Assembly: GCA_963844035.1 (NCBI GenBank)
Contig: CAWJMT010000027.1
Location: forward strand, 43,215-107,214
Length of the DNA stretch: 64,000 bases
From: an uncultured Gemmatimonadales bacterium
GTDB taxonomy: Bacteria; Gemmatimonadota; Gemmatimonadetes; Gemmatimonadales; GWC2-71-9
Reading direction: 5' to 3'
Shown here: positions 35,297-46,141 of the stretch, piece after piece
Layout: each line of letters opens with the position of its first letter
How positions within the stretch are numbered: position 1 is the stretch's first letter
The notes under the pieces: generated by a model
What the model was told of the DNA's origin: nothing
What the model saw: only the letters and a program-made list of their open reading frames with translations
The model's database searches: none
Program-made: the position numbers and the translations under genes

Positions 35297-36249
35297 GCCG
35301 TGGGCACTTCGGTCTTGTCGAGGATCGCCTTGAGCGCGGCGTCGGGCGTCACGCCTTCGAGCTCGAGCTCCGGGGCGACGTTGACGCGGTGGCGCAACAC
35401 GGCCGGCGCGAGCCCCTTCACGTCGTCCGGAATCACAAAGTCCCGGCCGTCGAGCAACGCCGCCGCGCGCGCTGTCTTGAGGAGCCCCACACCAGCGCGC
35501 GGGCTGGCGCCCAGCGTGAGCGAGGCGGCCTCTCGCGTGCCGCGGACCAGCGCCGTGATGTACGCGGTGATCTGCGGCTCGACCCGCACCGCGTCCGCCG
35601 CCTGCCGCATGCGCTCGAGCCCGGCCGCGTCAGTCACGGGGGTCACGCCGAATGTGGCCGGCCGATCGGCCTCGAACCCCTCGACGTAGCGCGTCAGAAT
35701 CCGCTGTTCGAGCGCAGCGCTGGGGTATCCGATCTGCACCTTCATCATAAAGCGGTCGAGCTCCGCTTCGGGAAGCGGATAGGTACCCTCGAACTCGATC
35801 GGGTTCTGGGTCGCGAACACGGTGAACGCCGCGGAGAGGGGATGCCCCGTGCCGTCGGCGGTGACGGTGCGCTCCTGCATCGCTTCGAGCAGCGCGGCCT
35901 GCGTCTTGGCGGGAGCGCGGTTGATCTCATCCGCCAGCACGAGGTCGGCAAACAGCGGCCCCGGCCGAAATGTGAAATCGTGCGTCCCCGAGAGCAGCGT
36001 GACGCCCGTGATGTCCGCCGGCATCAGGTCGGGGGTGAATTGAATGCGCTGAAACCGCACGTTCAACACGAGCGCCAGGGTGCGGACCAGCAGCGTCTTC
36101 GCCGTTCCCGGGACCCCTTCGAGCAGCACGTGGCCGCGCGCGAGAAGACAGATCAGCGTCTCCCGCAGCGCGGCCTCCTGGCCCAGCACGACACCCCGCA
36201 GGGCGTCTAGGATCTGCCGCGCGTTGTGCGCGGGCGAAGCTCCTCCCAC
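35293..36249 (-). CDS. MoxR family AAA+ ATPase
   Basis: GVPGTAKT, RIQFTPDLMPAD, DEINRAPAKTQAALLE. Confidence 0.95.
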   Translation of the reverse strand: MGGASPAHNARQILDALRGVVLGQEAALRETLICLLARGHVLLEGVPGTAKTLLVRTLALVLNVRFQRIQFTPDLMPADITGVTLLSGTHDFTFRPGPLFADLVLADEINRAPAKTQAALLEAMQERTVTADGTGHPLSAAFTVFATQNPIEFEGTYPLPEAELDRFMMKVQIGYPSAALEQRILTRYVEGFEADRPATFGVTPVTDAAGLERMRQAADAVRVEPQITAYITALVRGTREAASLTLGASPRAGVGLLKTARAAALLDGRDFVIPDDVKGLAPAVLRHRVNVAPELELEGVTPDAALKAILDKTEVPTA

Positions 36250-37442
36250 ACTTCCTCCACGGTTTGAGCGGCGGCGAGCACCCGGGCGGCGCCACCGGGT
36301 GTGCTGCCAAGGTCCCGCAGCCGCCGCGCCGCGGCACGGCCGCGCGGCGTTGACAGGGCAAGCTCGAGCGCGCCGAGCCACTGCTGCTCTCCTCCCGGCG
36401 CCACCGTGCCGGTGCGCGACAACCGCCGCCGCAGCCCGGCAACGAGCAGCTGGACCGCGGCATCAAATCCGGCAGCGCCTTCCAGGCCGGCTGCGAGGGC
36501 GTCGAGGTGCTCGAGGGGCGAGCGACGGCGGCGCTCGATCACATCCCGCGCCGGCCCGAAGCGCACCGCCTGCACCGCGAGGGCGATGAGCCCGACGGCC
36601 ACCAGGTGCAGGATCACCCACCCCACGGGATGACTCACGAGCCACTCCCACGATGCCTCTTGAAGCGATCCCGCCGTCGCCGAATCCCAGGTGATACTCG
36701 TCAACCGTGACCCGCCTGGTGGTGCCGTCCGCAAACCACGGCAGCACAACGCGGCCGGCGTCCGTCTCCTTGAGAGCCCGATTCGTCAGGAACCGCCCAT
36801 CGGCGAGCAGGATCACCCTGCCGCCCGACGCGAACCGCAGCCGCAGGGCGACGGGGCGATTGATCGGTCGTGCGCAGCAGAGTGTCGACGTGGAGCCCCG
36901 CTCCCAGACGCACCGGGCAGCGATCGTCCTCCACGTCTTCGCCCCCTCACGGTCACCAGCGATTCCGCGGGGATGGGCCGGAGCAGACGCCTCGCGTCGG
37001 GGAGGGGCCGCGTCGCGCGAAATTGCACGGGCGCCACATCGCCGAAATCCCCGACGCGACTCGACACATACCCGAAGCAGGTTTCGATGCCGGTCTCTCC
37101 AGCCACGAAGATGCGACCGCCGCGGTCCACATAGTCACGAATGGCCACGCGTTCCCGCAACGTCGGTTCGACAATGTCGAGAAAGGCGAGCAACACGTGA
37201 CGGGGCGGCCGCGTGCTGTCGGTCGCCAGATCGAAGTACGACCGCCGCCGCTGCTCGACGGTGAGGTCCAAGCGGGTGAGCACCTGCGCCAAACCCTTGG
37301 CCCCGTTCGGCCCTGCGAGATGGGTCGAGAGCCGGAGATCATCCATCCCCTCCGCGGGAGCCGACAGGATGCCGGCCAGCGCGGCCAGCGCGAGGGTGAC
37401 CACCGCTCCGATGACGACGGCGCGCTCACCGCGTCGCAGCAT
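36207..37442 (-). CDS. DUF4350-type membrane protein (frameshifted)
   Basis: STHLAGPNGAKGL, DEYHLG, RFGP...RRSPLEHLDALA across frames; MoxR-cluster context. Confidence 0.7.
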
Positions 37443-38046
37443 GCAGCCCGAGCCCTGAGGCCAGCGAGTCGAAGCGCTGCCACTCTTCGGCGCCACACGG
37501 CGCGCCGCCGAACAGGTGGCGATAGAGGGCCGCCACGAGGTCCGCCAGCTCGGAGCGCCCGGCGTCGTCGAGGCGCGCCTCCTGCACGTACTCTGCCGGC
37601 GTCTTCGAGGGATGCACCTGCAGTACACGATGCGCGTCGAGCTCGAGCATGGCTGCGAGGAAGCGGTGCGCCAACGCCTCGGCGAATTGACCGGCGGCCC
37701 CCAGCCGGCGCGCCTCGGCCAGGTGCCACGCGGCATCCCGAATCGGGCCGGCCATTGCAGCCTGGGTCCCGGTGGTGAGATGCGGGTGGAGCGATCGCCA
37801 GACCACCCACGACAGGTGAGCGACCAGCCCCGCGAGCAGCAGGACTAAGGCGGCGAGCAGGACGTAGTAGGGGAGCGGAAACGAGACCCGCAGCCCCTCG
37901 AGCCAATCGAGGAACCGCTGCACGCGCCCCATCAGCCAGGCAAACGTGCTGCTCCCCTCAGTCCACTGGTACTCGCGGTCGGCGAACACCGCCTGGACCA
38001 CCGCCGCGAGAGAGTCGGGATCGAAGTGTCGCGAGACCGCGATCAC
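37426..38046 (-). CDS. DUF4129 domain protein
   Basis: GQFAEAL..RF, SKTPAEY, LFGG. Confidence 0.75.
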   Translation of the reverse strand: MIAVSRHFDPDSLAAVVQAVFADREYQWTEGSSTFAWLMGRVQRFLDWLEGLRVSFPLPYYVLLAALVLLLAGLVAHLSWVVWRSLHPHLTTGTQAAMAGPIRDAAWHLAEARRLGAAGQFAEALAHRFLAAMLELDAHRVLQVHPSKTPAEYVQEARLDDAGRSELADLVAALYRHLFGGAPCGAEEWQRFDSLASGLGLHAATR

Positions 38047-38804
38047 GCCCGGGCGGCGATCCCGAGGTGCCGGCTCAATAACTCGAGGTCGAACGCCTCT
38101 TTGCGCACGCGCAGATCATAGTAGAAGAGGGTGAAGACACAGCTGGTGAAAGGATAGAGGAACAGAAACAGCAACCCAAGTCCGATTACCGCCGGAACCA
38201 GCAGGGCCTTGAAGAGGAACGACGCGATCGCTGCGATGATTGCGAAGCCCAGGGTAAAGAGGATGAACAGGACCAGGATGACGCAGTACAGCCCGAACGC
38301 CCTCCACTTGAATCCCCTTGTGAGGGTCCAAGAGCGACCGACGCCGTCCAGGCCGCTGTTCAGCGGCTCAAGCACGGCGGCCTGCACCACGACAGCGAGC
38401 CCGCATGCCACGACGAGCGCGGGGACGACCAACAGCAGCAATCCGAGAAAAAAAAGGACGCCCGCAGCCAGCCCGGCGAGGAGCGACCGACCGAGCTTGC
38501 CCCATGCGAAGCTGAGCGCGTCGGCCATGCCGGGATCATGCCCGAGGTAGGCCTGTGAGACCACGCGAATGGATGCCGAGGATACGAGCAGGTAGCCCAG
38601 CCCGTTGAGGAACTGTCCCAGCAGGTAGAGCCCGAAATGCTGGGAGACGCCCCCGGCGAACTCGACGTACAGGCTCAACGCGGTGGGCACGCCCTGACAG
38701 ATGATCCCAATCCCGAAGAAGACACCAACATGGTGCCGCAGGAGCGCGAACGACGCGTCGAGGATCTCGCCCGTGGACATGGGCCGCAGCGCGGTGGTAG
38801 CCAT
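38043..38804 (-). CDS. Polytopic membrane protein of the MoxR cluster
   Basis: LRPMSTGEILD, RSWTLTRG, YYDLRVRKEAFDLE. Confidence 0.8.
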   Translation of the reverse strand: MATTALRPMSTGEILDASFALLRHHVGVFFGIGIICQGVPTALSLYVEFAGGVSQHFGLYLLGQFLNGLGYLLVSSASIRVVSQAYLGHDPGMADALSFAWGKLGRSLLAGLAAGVLFFLGLLLLVVPALVVACGLAVVVQAAVLEPLNSGLDGVGRSWTLTRGFKWRAFGLYCVILVLFILFTLGFAIIAAIASFLFKALLVPAVIGLGLLFLFLYPFTSCVFTLFYYDLRVRKEAFDLELLSRHLGIAARA

Positions 38805-38836
38805 TGGTCCTCCCTGAGGGGTAAGATGCCTGTCGC

Positions 38837-40717
38837 ATGCCCGCCACGCGAGGCCCAACCGTCCCGCAGTTCGCGCGCCGTCTCGCGATCGAGACGCCGG
38901 AGCACGTGGCGCTCGAGCTCGAACTCGCCGGACCCGGATCGCGCGTCGCGGCGGCGCTGTGCGACGCCGCGATTCTCATCATCCTCCTCACCTTGCTGTT
39001 CATCGGCAGTGGGACGCTGGCAGCGAACGTCGCCGCACAGCGCGGCTGGGGAACGCTGATGGCCGTGCTCGTCTCCCTGGTCCTGTTCCTCATTATTTGG
39101 GGCTACTTCCTGCTGTTCGAGGCGTTCAACGACGGCCGCACACCCGGGAAGCGGCTCATGGGGATCCGGGTGGTAATGGACACGGGCCATCGCCTCACCT
39201 TCACGGCTGCAGCGGTGCGCAACCTCGTGCGCGTCGTCGACGCTCAGCCGCTGTTCACCTACCTGCTGGGCTTCGGGTTCGTCCTGTTTCACGCCCAGAA
39301 CAAGCGCCTGGGCGACATCGTCGCCGGAACGATCGTGGTGCGCGACCGCCCGGGGGACCTCCAGCTCGCCGGCATGCCGGCCGATCCGGCGCCGCAGCGC
39401 GAGCCGATCGACGCCGGCCCCCCGGAGCTCGAGGACGAGGAGTTCCGCCTGCTCGATCAGTTCCTCGAGCGTATCGAACGATTGGATGTCGCATTGCGCC
39501 GCCGCTTCACGGCCGAGCTCGCGGCCCGGTTCGCTCCACGATTCCCGCGCCGCGACCCCGATCCTGCCACGTTTCTCGTGGCGCTCCACAGCGGGGAGCT
39601 CGACAAGCGGCGCGGCCGCCTCGCGGCGCGGCGCGATCAGGGCGTGGGCCGGACCACGATCGCCGCCGAACGATTCGTGCTTCGCAAGCGCGCCTCCTGG
39701 GAGGCGTTTCGCAGCCTCGCCGCACAGGCGGAGCGCGGCGGGCTCAAACAGCTGGGCGCCGCGGCGATTCCGGCGTTCGCCGCGCAGTACCGCGAGATCG
39801 CGGCCGACCTGGCGCGTGCCCGCACCTACGGGGTCGACGCCAGAGTGCTCGAATACCTCGAGCGCGTCGTGAGTGCGGGGCACAACGCTCTGTACGGGCG
39901 CCACACCGCCGACCGAACTCAGCTAGCCCGCCTGCTGTTGCGCGAGGTCCCGGCCGCGGTCGTGGCGGGCCGGGCCTACGTGCTGGCCGCATTGCTCGCG
40001 TTCGCCGTCCCTGCGGTGACAGGCTATCTGCTGCTGCGCGAGCGCCCGGCGGTCGCCGAAGAGGTGCTGCCGGACGAGATGATCGCCCGCGCCATTGCGG
40101 GCGCGGAGCACCGCGCCCAGGGTGTGGGATATGCCGAGGCGCCCTCGATGTACCTCCCGGTCGTGGCCTCCCGCATCATCACCAACAACGTGCAGGTGGC
40201 CTTCTTCGCGTTCGCACTCGGGAGTACGGCGGGTCTCGGGACCCTGGCCATTCTCGTGATGAACGGCCTGTTCTTCGGCGCCGTGCTGGGCCTGTTCGCG
40301 AACTACTCATTGGCGGGGTGGTTGCTCACGTTCGTCGCCGGGCACGGTGTGCTCGAGCTGACGGCGATCTTTATCGCGGGGGGGGCGGGGTTGCGCGTCG
40401 CGGGCGCCATGATCGCCCCGGGGGACCGGACCCGGCGGGATGCCCTGGTGCTCGAGGGACGGCTGGCGGCCCGGATGGTGGCTGCGGCGGTGCTTCTGCT
40501 GGCGCTCGCCGGGACTATCGAGGGGTTGCTCTCGGCGAGCGACGCGCCTGCCCCGTACAAGTTCGCCGCGAGCGCCGCCAGTGCCTTGTTTCTATTTCTC
40601 TATCTCGGGAATGGCGCGAGCTACTTGCGGCTTACAGGTCCAGATCTTGGAGTATCTGGCGCATCCGCCGCGCCAGCGTCTCGATCTGCCGCAAGCTCGA
40701 CACCATCTCCGGGCTGA
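38837..40717 (+). CDS. RDD domain fused to SpoIIM-like membrane domain
   Basis: ETPEHV, GRTPGKR, KRLGDIVAGT; YREIAADLARART, NNVQVAF, HGVLEL. Confidence 0.88.
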   Translation: MPATRGPTVPQFARRLAIETPEHVALELELAGPGSRVAAALCDAAILIILLTLLFIGSGTLAANVAAQRGWGTLMAVLVSLVLFLIIWGYFLLFEAFNDGRTPGKRLMGIRVVMDTGHRLTFTAAAVRNLVRVVDAQPLFTYLLGFGFVLFHAQNKRLGDIVAGTIVVRDRPGDLQLAGMPADPAPQREPIDAGPPELEDEEFRLLDQFLERIERLDVALRRRFTAELAARFAPRFPRRDPDPATFLVALHSGELDKRRGRLAARRDQGVGRTTIAAERFVLRKRASWEAFRSLAAQAERGGLKQLGAAAIPAFAAQYREIAADLARARTYGVDARVLEYLERVVSAGHNALYGRHTADRTQLARLLLREVPAAVVAGRAYVLAALLAFAVPAVTGYLLLRERPAVAEEVLPDEMIARAIAGAEHRAQGVGYAEAPSMYLPVVASRIITNNVQVAFFAFALGSTAGLGTLAILVMNGLFFGAVLGLFANYSLAGWLLTFVAGHGVLELTAIFIAGGAGLRVAGAMIAPGDRTRRDALVLEGRLAARMVAAAVLLLALAGTIEGLLSASDAPAPYKFAASAASALFLFLYLGNGASYLRLTGPDLGVSGASAAPASRSAASSTPSPG

Positions 40718-40847
40718 GCTGGTCGGCGGAAAGGAGCATGATCTGCGTTTCGGCGAGGACGGCGGCGAGCGGGTTGGCCAGGTCATGCCGTAGCCTGCGG
40801 ACTTTGTCGCCGCCTTCTGGTGCTTCAGATCCCGACGCCGGCGCCAC
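40632..40847 (-). CDS. Small stand-alone HisKA-like (DHp) protein
   Basis: LRHDLANPLAAV H-box and helical hairpin; no ATPase domain. Confidence 0.6.
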   Translation of the reverse strand: MAPASGSEAPEGGDKVRRLRHDLANPLAAVLAETQIMLLSADQLSPEMVSSLRQIETLARRMRQILQDLDL

Positions 40848-41131
40848 TAGAGCAGGGAGCGATACAAATCGCGTAAATGGTGGTCCCGCAGGTCTCGTAC
40901 CGACTGCCACAAATCCGGCTCGGAGGTCGCGCAGAAGATCTCGGCAGTCGACCGCTCCTCTTCGGTATCGGGCGCCCCGAACAGCATGCGACCGCGCCAG
41001 ACCGTGTCCTCAGTCCGCCGTACCATCAGACGTATGGAGATGAGTTGTCCGTCGAATCGAATGGGGGGCAGATCATGGACGACTGCTTCGCTGGAATCCG
41101 GGCTGCTGTATCGAACTGGTTGTGCAGACAT
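40847..41131 (-). CDS. Hypothetical protein
   Basis: 94-aa ORF with protein-like composition, abutting the next gene. Confidence 0.6.
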   Translation of the reverse strand: MSAQPVRYSSPDSSEAVVHDLPPIRFDGQLISIRLMVRRTEDTVWRGRMLFGAPDTEEERSTAEIFCATSEPDLWQSVRDLRDHHLRDLYRSLL

Positions 41132-41193
41132 TCTCGCCCAGGGGCTGGTTTGGGCAAAGATAAGGGACTCTGCGGTGGATGCAATAGAGAATG

Positions 41194-41265
41194 AAGGTGT
41201 CGGGTGTCAGGTGTCAGGTGTCAGAGGAGCGTACCTGACACCTGACACCTGACACCTGACACCTT
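41194..41265. repeat. Inverted heptamer arrays (GGTGTCA)x4 / (TGACACC)x4 forming a 31-bp hairpin
   Basis: Arms 41194-41224 and 41235-41265, one mismatch. Confidence 0.92.
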
Positions 41266-41269
41266 GTTT

Positions 41270-42379
41270 TTAGATTCTGAACGGCACCGGAGCAAACGTG
41301 ATCGCCAGCAGTGCCAGCCCCGCCCACGCGAGCCAGCCACGCGAGGGAGGCAGCGGGCGATACGCATCGAGCACGGGCGGGTGCCCGAGCCGTCCACGTG
41401 AGAGAATGAGCACGACCAGCCCCCACAACAGCCAGCCCTTCCAGTACAAGCCAAGTGCCAGGAGCACCGCCCAACAGATGATGGCCGCGCGCGCATGCCA
41501 GCGCGGCAGCGCGGCGTACAGGATGTGTCCCCCGTCCAGTTGAGAGATGGGGAGCAGATTCAGCATCGTGACGAACATGCCGACCCATCCGGCGAAGGCG
41601 AGCGGGTGGAGCAGCAGGGTGCGCGTGCTTCCGTGCGTCAGCTCGCGCAACACGAGCGTGATGAGCGAGTCACCCAGACCAATCGTCTCGTTCCCGATCG
41701 CGAGCAGCATGCCGCTCAGCTCTCCGTGGCCCGGCGGCGGATGACTGAGCGCGAGCCCGATCCACAACACCGGGACCGCGACAGCGAAACCCGCGAGCGG
41801 TCCGGCCACGCCCACGTCCAGCAGCTGACGCCGGTCCGACAGCAGGGTGCGCAGCCGGATGAACGCGCCCATCGTTCCAATGAACGACGGGATCAGGGGC
41901 ACGGGGATGAAATACGGCGGCGACACGTCGAGCTGGTACCAGCGCGCGGTGACGTAGTGCCCCAGCTCGTGGCACATGAGGATCGCGAGCAGCGGAATCG
42001 AAAACCCGAAGCCCGTCGCCCACGCCGCCACGACCCCGGACGGCAGCGGGTAGGTACCGGTGAGCAGATCGAACGGGTTGTCGTACACGATCGCGCCCGT
42101 GAGCACCGCCCCGGCGAAGGTCGTCGTCACCAGCGTGGTCACGAACAGGGCGGCGTGCAGGAGCCAGCGCTCGCGGCGCCGGATCGGCATCCGGCGGGTC
42201 AGGATCAAGTGGCGCCCTTCGGGCTCGTCCGACCAGTAGTAGTGACCAGGCCAGCGCGCCAGCGCTTCCCGGAGGGCGGGCGAGGGACCGGCATGAGCCG
42301 GATCTACAAGCGCATCAACCACTTCCCTGTCGTGCAGGGTGGTGGTGCGCCAGGCCAGTAGGAACGTCCTCAGCGGCAT
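41270..42379 (-). CDS. Site-2 protease (M50 family)
   Basis: [23 protein letters not shown]. Confidence 0.93.
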   Translation of the reverse strand: MPLRTFLLAWRTTTLHDREVVDALVDPAHAGPSPALREALARWPGHYYWSDEPEGRHLILTRRMPIRRRERWLLHAALFVTTLVTTTFAGAVLTGAIVYDNPFDLLTGTYPLPSGVVAAWATGFGFSIPLLAILMCHELGHYVTARWYQLDVSPPYFIPVPLIPSFIGTMGAFIRLRTLLSDRRQLLDVGVAGPLAGFAVAVPVLWIGLALSHPPPGHGELSGMLLAIGNETIGLGDSLITLVLRELTHGSTRTLLLHPLAFAGWVGMFVTMLNLLPISQLDGGHILYAALPRWHARAAIICWAVLLALGLYWKGWLLWGLVVLILSRGRLGHPPVLDAYRPLPPSRGWLAWAGLALLAITFAPVPFRI

Positions 42380-42387
42380 GGACACTC

Positions 42388-42416
42388 TTGACTGCACGTC
42401 CGCCGCGGCCTACTAT
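42388..42416 (+). promoter_or_regulatory. Putative sigma-70 promoter of rho
   Basis: TTGACT-17 bp-TACTAT. Confidence 0.6.
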
Positions 42417-42519
42417 AGGCCACTCGCACCCCTGCACATTCCCTAGTTCTCACTTTCAACGCGCTCACTCCCCCACTTCGGGGTCCGCCCGCCGTAGCGT
42501 AACGGAGCCAAAGCCCAAC

Positions 42520-43773
42520 GTGGATATCGCTGAATTAAAGAAGAAATCCGTCGCGGAACTGCACGCGATGGCCGAGACCCTGAACATCACCAACTACTCA
42601 GGGCTCCGCAAGCAGGATCTCATCTTCCGCATCGAGCAGTCGCTGCTCGACTCCGACACCGTGCTGCGCGGCGAGGGAGTGCTGGAAATCCTTCCCGAGG
42701 GTTACGGATTCCTGCGCAGCCCGGATTGGAACTACCTGTACGGCCCCGACGACATCTACGTCTCGCCCAGCCAGATCAAGCGGTTCGATCTGCGAACCGG
42801 CGACACGATCATGGGCCAGGTGCGGCCGCCGAAGGAGGGCGAGCGCTACCTCGCCCTGCTCAAGGTCGAGGTCGTCAACGGCGACGAGCCGGAGAAGGCG
42901 AAGCACCGCGTCGCGTTCGACAACCTGCGGCCCCGCTACCCCGAGGAGCGGATCAGGCTGGAGCGGAAGGACGGCGACCTGTCGATGCGGGTGATGGACA
43001 TCCTGTGCCCGATCGGCAAAGGGCAACGCGGTTTGATTGTGTCACCGCCCAAGGCCGGTAAGACCATCCTGATGCAGAAGCTGGCCAACTCGATCATCGA
43101 GAACCATCCGGAGATCTACCTCATCGTGCTGCTGATCGACGAGCGGCCGGAAGAGGTGACCGACATGGAGGAGAACGTGAAGGTGGCGGAGGTGATCTCC
43201 TCCACGTTCGACGAGCCGGCCGACCGCCACGTGCAGGTGGCGGACATGGTGATCGAGAAGGCGAAACGCATGGTGGAGCACGGCAAGGACGTCGTGATCC
43301 TGCTCGACTCGATCACGCGCCTGGGCCGCGCGCACAACGTCGTCGTGCCGCACTCGGGCAAGATCCTCTCGGGCGGCGTGGACGCGAACGCGCTGCAGAA
43401 GCCCAAGCGCTTCTTCGGCGCGGCGCGCAACATCGAGGGAGGTGGCTCGCTCACCATCATCGCGACCGCCCTGATCGACACCGGCTCGCGCATGGACGAG
43501 GTGATCTTCGAGGAGTTCAAGGGCACGGGCAACATGGAAGTCATTCTCGACCGCCGCATCGCCGATCGGCGCGTCTACCCGGCAATCGACACGCAGCGCA
43601 CCTCGACCCGCAAAGAAGAGCTGCTCCTCTCCAAGGAAGAGCTCAACAAGGTGTACCTGCTCCGGAACTTCCTGTCCGACATGCCGCCGGTCGAAGCGAT
43701 CGAGTTCCTGCTCGAGCGCATGAAGCGGACGAAAACGAACAACGAGTTCTACGCATCGATGGCCCAGGGGTGA
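42520..43773 (+). CDS. rho: Transcription termination factor Rho
   Basis: [29 protein letters not shown]. Confidence 0.99.
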   Translation: MDIAELKKKSVAELHAMAETLNITNYSGLRKQDLIFRIEQSLLDSDTVLRGEGVLEILPEGYGFLRSPDWNYLYGPDDIYVSPSQIKRFDLRTGDTIMGQVRPPKEGERYLALLKVEVVNGDEPEKAKHRVAFDNLRPRYPEERIRLERKDGDLSMRVMDILCPIGKGQRGLIVSPPKAGKTILMQKLANSIIENHPEIYLIVLLIDERPEEVTDMEENVKVAEVISSTFDEPADRHVQVADMVIEKAKRMVEHGKDVVILLDSITRLGRAHNVVVPHSGKILSGGVDANALQKPKRFFGAARNIEGGGSLTIIATALIDTGSRMDEVIFEEFKGTGNMEVILDRRIADRRVYPAIDTQRTSTRKEELLLSKEELNKVYLLRNFLSDMPPVEAIEFLLERMKRTKTNNEFYASMAQG

Positions 43774-44207
43774 ACGTGACGGGGAGACTCCTCGGAGTCG
43801 ACTGGGGAGAACGCCGCATCGGCCTCGCTCTGTCCGACGAATCCCAACTTCTCGCGCAACCCCTGACGACCCTCACCCGCCGCACCGGCAAACGCTTTCC
43901 CATGGCCCGTCTGCTCGCGCTCGCCAAAGAACGCGAGGTCGCGGGCGTCGTGATCGGCCTCCCCCTCACGGCCGACGGGTCCGAGGGCCACGCGGCACAT
44001 CAGGCGCGCGCGCTGGCCGCGGAGATCGCGCGCCACTCCGGCCTCAGCGCCGAGCTGTGGGACGAGCGGTTCACCACGGCGCGGGCGTTGCAGGCGGTGC
44101 GCGAGATGGGCGGGACTACGCGGGGGCGCCAGGCGGACGTCGATGCCCTCGCGGCAACGTTGCTGCTGCAGCACTACCTCGACGCACGCCGCGGCTCGGC
44201 GCAGTGA
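43770..44207 (+). CDS. ruvX: YqgF/RuvX family nuclease
   Basis: [32 protein letters not shown]. Confidence 0.93.
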   Translation: MNVTGRLLGVDWGERRIGLALSDESQLLAQPLTTLTRRTGKRFPMARLLALAKEREVAGVVIGLPLTADGSEGHAAHQARALAAEIARHSGLSAELWDERFTTARALQAVREMGGTTRGRQADVDALAATLLLQHYLDARRGSAQ

Positions 44208-45200
44208 TCCGCCGGCTGGCCGCGGTCCTGATCGTCACGGTGCTGGGTTGCAGCACCAGCCCCGGGCGGCCAGCGCGTCACCATCACCGTCCCACCGGGT
44301 GCCACCCTCGACGCCGCGATCGACTCACTGTCCGCCCATGGCGTGATTCGCCACCCCACTCGCTTCATGTGGTACGCTCGCCTGCGGGGGTTGGGGAGCT
44401 CGCTCAAGACGGGAGTGTACCTGCTGCCCCAGGACGCACCCTGGAGCGACATCGTCGCCACGCTGAAGCGGGGACACGGCGTCGAGGTCCGGTGGACCGT
44501 GCGGGAGGGTTTGATGCTCAGCGAGGTGGCAGACCTCGCCGCCCGACAGCTGGGCGTCCACCGGGACTCGATGCTCGCCGCGGCGAACGACCCCGCCCTG
44601 CGCCGCGAGCTCGGCCTGCCGGACGCCGCGACCGACGTGGAAGGCTACCTGTTCCCCACGACCTACGTCGTCGGCGTTCACATTACGGGGCGTGAGCTGG
44701 TGCACGTGATGACGCGCGAGTTTCTCGCGCAATGGCGGCCCGAGTGGACCCCGCGGCTCGACTCCCAGCACCTGACTCGCCAGCAGCTCGTGACCCTCGC
44801 GTCGATCATCGAGGCCGAAGTCCGCTACGAACCCGACCGGCCGTTCGTCTCGGCCGTGTACCGCAATCGCCTCAAGCGCGGCATGAAGCTCGAGGCCGAC
44901 CCCACGGTCGTCTACGCCCACGGGCGCCGGCTCAAGCGAGTCTGGGAGAAGAACCTGGCGATCCGATCGCGCTACAACACGTATCTGTATGCGGGGCTGC
45001 CGCCGGGACCGATCTGCCAGCCGGGGCTGGCCAGCATGGCGGCGGCGCTCGATCCCGCTCCCGTGCCGTACCTGTTCTTCGTTGCGCAGCCGGACGGGAA
45101 GCACATCTTCTCGGTGACCTACGCGGAGCACCAGGCGGCGATCCGGGCCGTCAAGCGTATGCAGAGCGAATCGCGCGGGCGGCGGCCTCCGGGTCGCTAG
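44204..45200 (+). CDS. mltG: Endolytic transglycosylase MltG (frameshift near 44270)
   Basis: EGYLFPTTY, LASIIEAE, LEADPT, YNTY..GLPPGPI. Confidence 0.92.
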
Positions 45201-45774
45201 CTTCCCAGATCGCGCCGATCACCGCGACGCCGACGGCGCCGGCGGCGACGATCGCGCCGGCGTTCTGCGCCGTGATGCCGCCGATGCCGATGACCGGCAC
45301 ACCGGCGGGAGCGAGGCGGGCCAGCGCCGTGAAGCCCGAGGGACCAAGCGGCGGCCCAGCATCGCTCTTGTGCGTGGTGGAAAAACAGGGGCCGATGCTC
45401 CAGTAGTCGGCGGGCCACGTGGTGGCGCGGGCGGCTTCCGCGCTAGAGCCAACCGAGATGCCAAGCAGGAAGCCCGGCGGGACGTGCGGGCGCAGAGCCC
45501 CAAGCGGCACGTCGTCCTGCCCCAGGTGCGCGCCGGCCGCGCCGGCGGCTACGCCTACGTCCACGCGGTCGTTGACGAGTACCGGGACCGGCAACGCGGC
45601 AACGAGGGTGCGGGTCAGCGCGAGCAGGTCGCGCGGCGGGGCATGCTTGAGCCGGACCTGCACGGCGGTGGCGCCGCCTCGGACCGCCCGGCGGCACGCG
45701 TCCACGGGGTCGCCCCCCTTGAGGAGAGCGGCATCCGTGACCACCATCAAGCGCAACTGATCGACGAGGGCCAT
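45151..45774 (-). CDS. thiE: Thiamine phosphate synthase
   Basis: VQVRLK, VNDRVDV, HLGQDD, IGGIT. Confidence 0.92.
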   Translation of the reverse strand: MALVDQLRLMVVTDAALLKGGDPVDACRRAVRGGATAVQVRLKHAPPRDLLALTRTLVAALPVPVLVNDRVDVGVAAGAAGAHLGQDDVPLGALRPHVPPGFLLGISVGSSAEAARATTWPADYWSIGPCFSTTHKSDAGPPLGPSGFTALARLAPAGVPVIGIGGITAQNAGAIVAAGAVGVAVIGAIWEASDPEAAARAIRSAYA

Positions 45775-46141
45775 GAGTAAGATCCTGCGTGGACTGCGCG
45801 GTGCGACCACCGCGCCAGCGAACACCCGCGACGCCATCCTCGACGCGACGGAGGAATTGATCCGCGCGCTCCAGGAAGCGAACGACTTCAAACCCGAGGA
45901 CGTGGAGAGTGCCATCTTCACCTCCTCGCCCGACCTCACCGCCGAGTATCCGGCCCGCGCCGCACGGCGCCTGGGGTGGGACACCGTTCCGCTGCTCGGC
46001 GCCAGCGAAGTCGCCGTACCCGACGGCGTGCAGCGCTGCATCCGGCTGCTGCTGCACCTCTACACCGCCAAGGCGCCCGGCGAGCTGAAACATATGTATC
46101 TCCGCGGCGCCGCCACACTGCGGCCGGACCGAACGACGTGA
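45773..46141 (+). CDS. aroH: Chorismate mutase, AroH type
   Basis: RGLRGATT, FTSSPDL.AEYPA, YLRGAATLRPD. Confidence 0.93.
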   Translation: MSKILRGLRGATTAPANTRDAILDATEELIRALQEANDFKPEDVESAIFTSSPDLTAEYPARAARRLGWDTVPLLGASEVAVPDGVQRCIRLLLHLYTAKAPGELKHMYLRGAATLRPDRTT

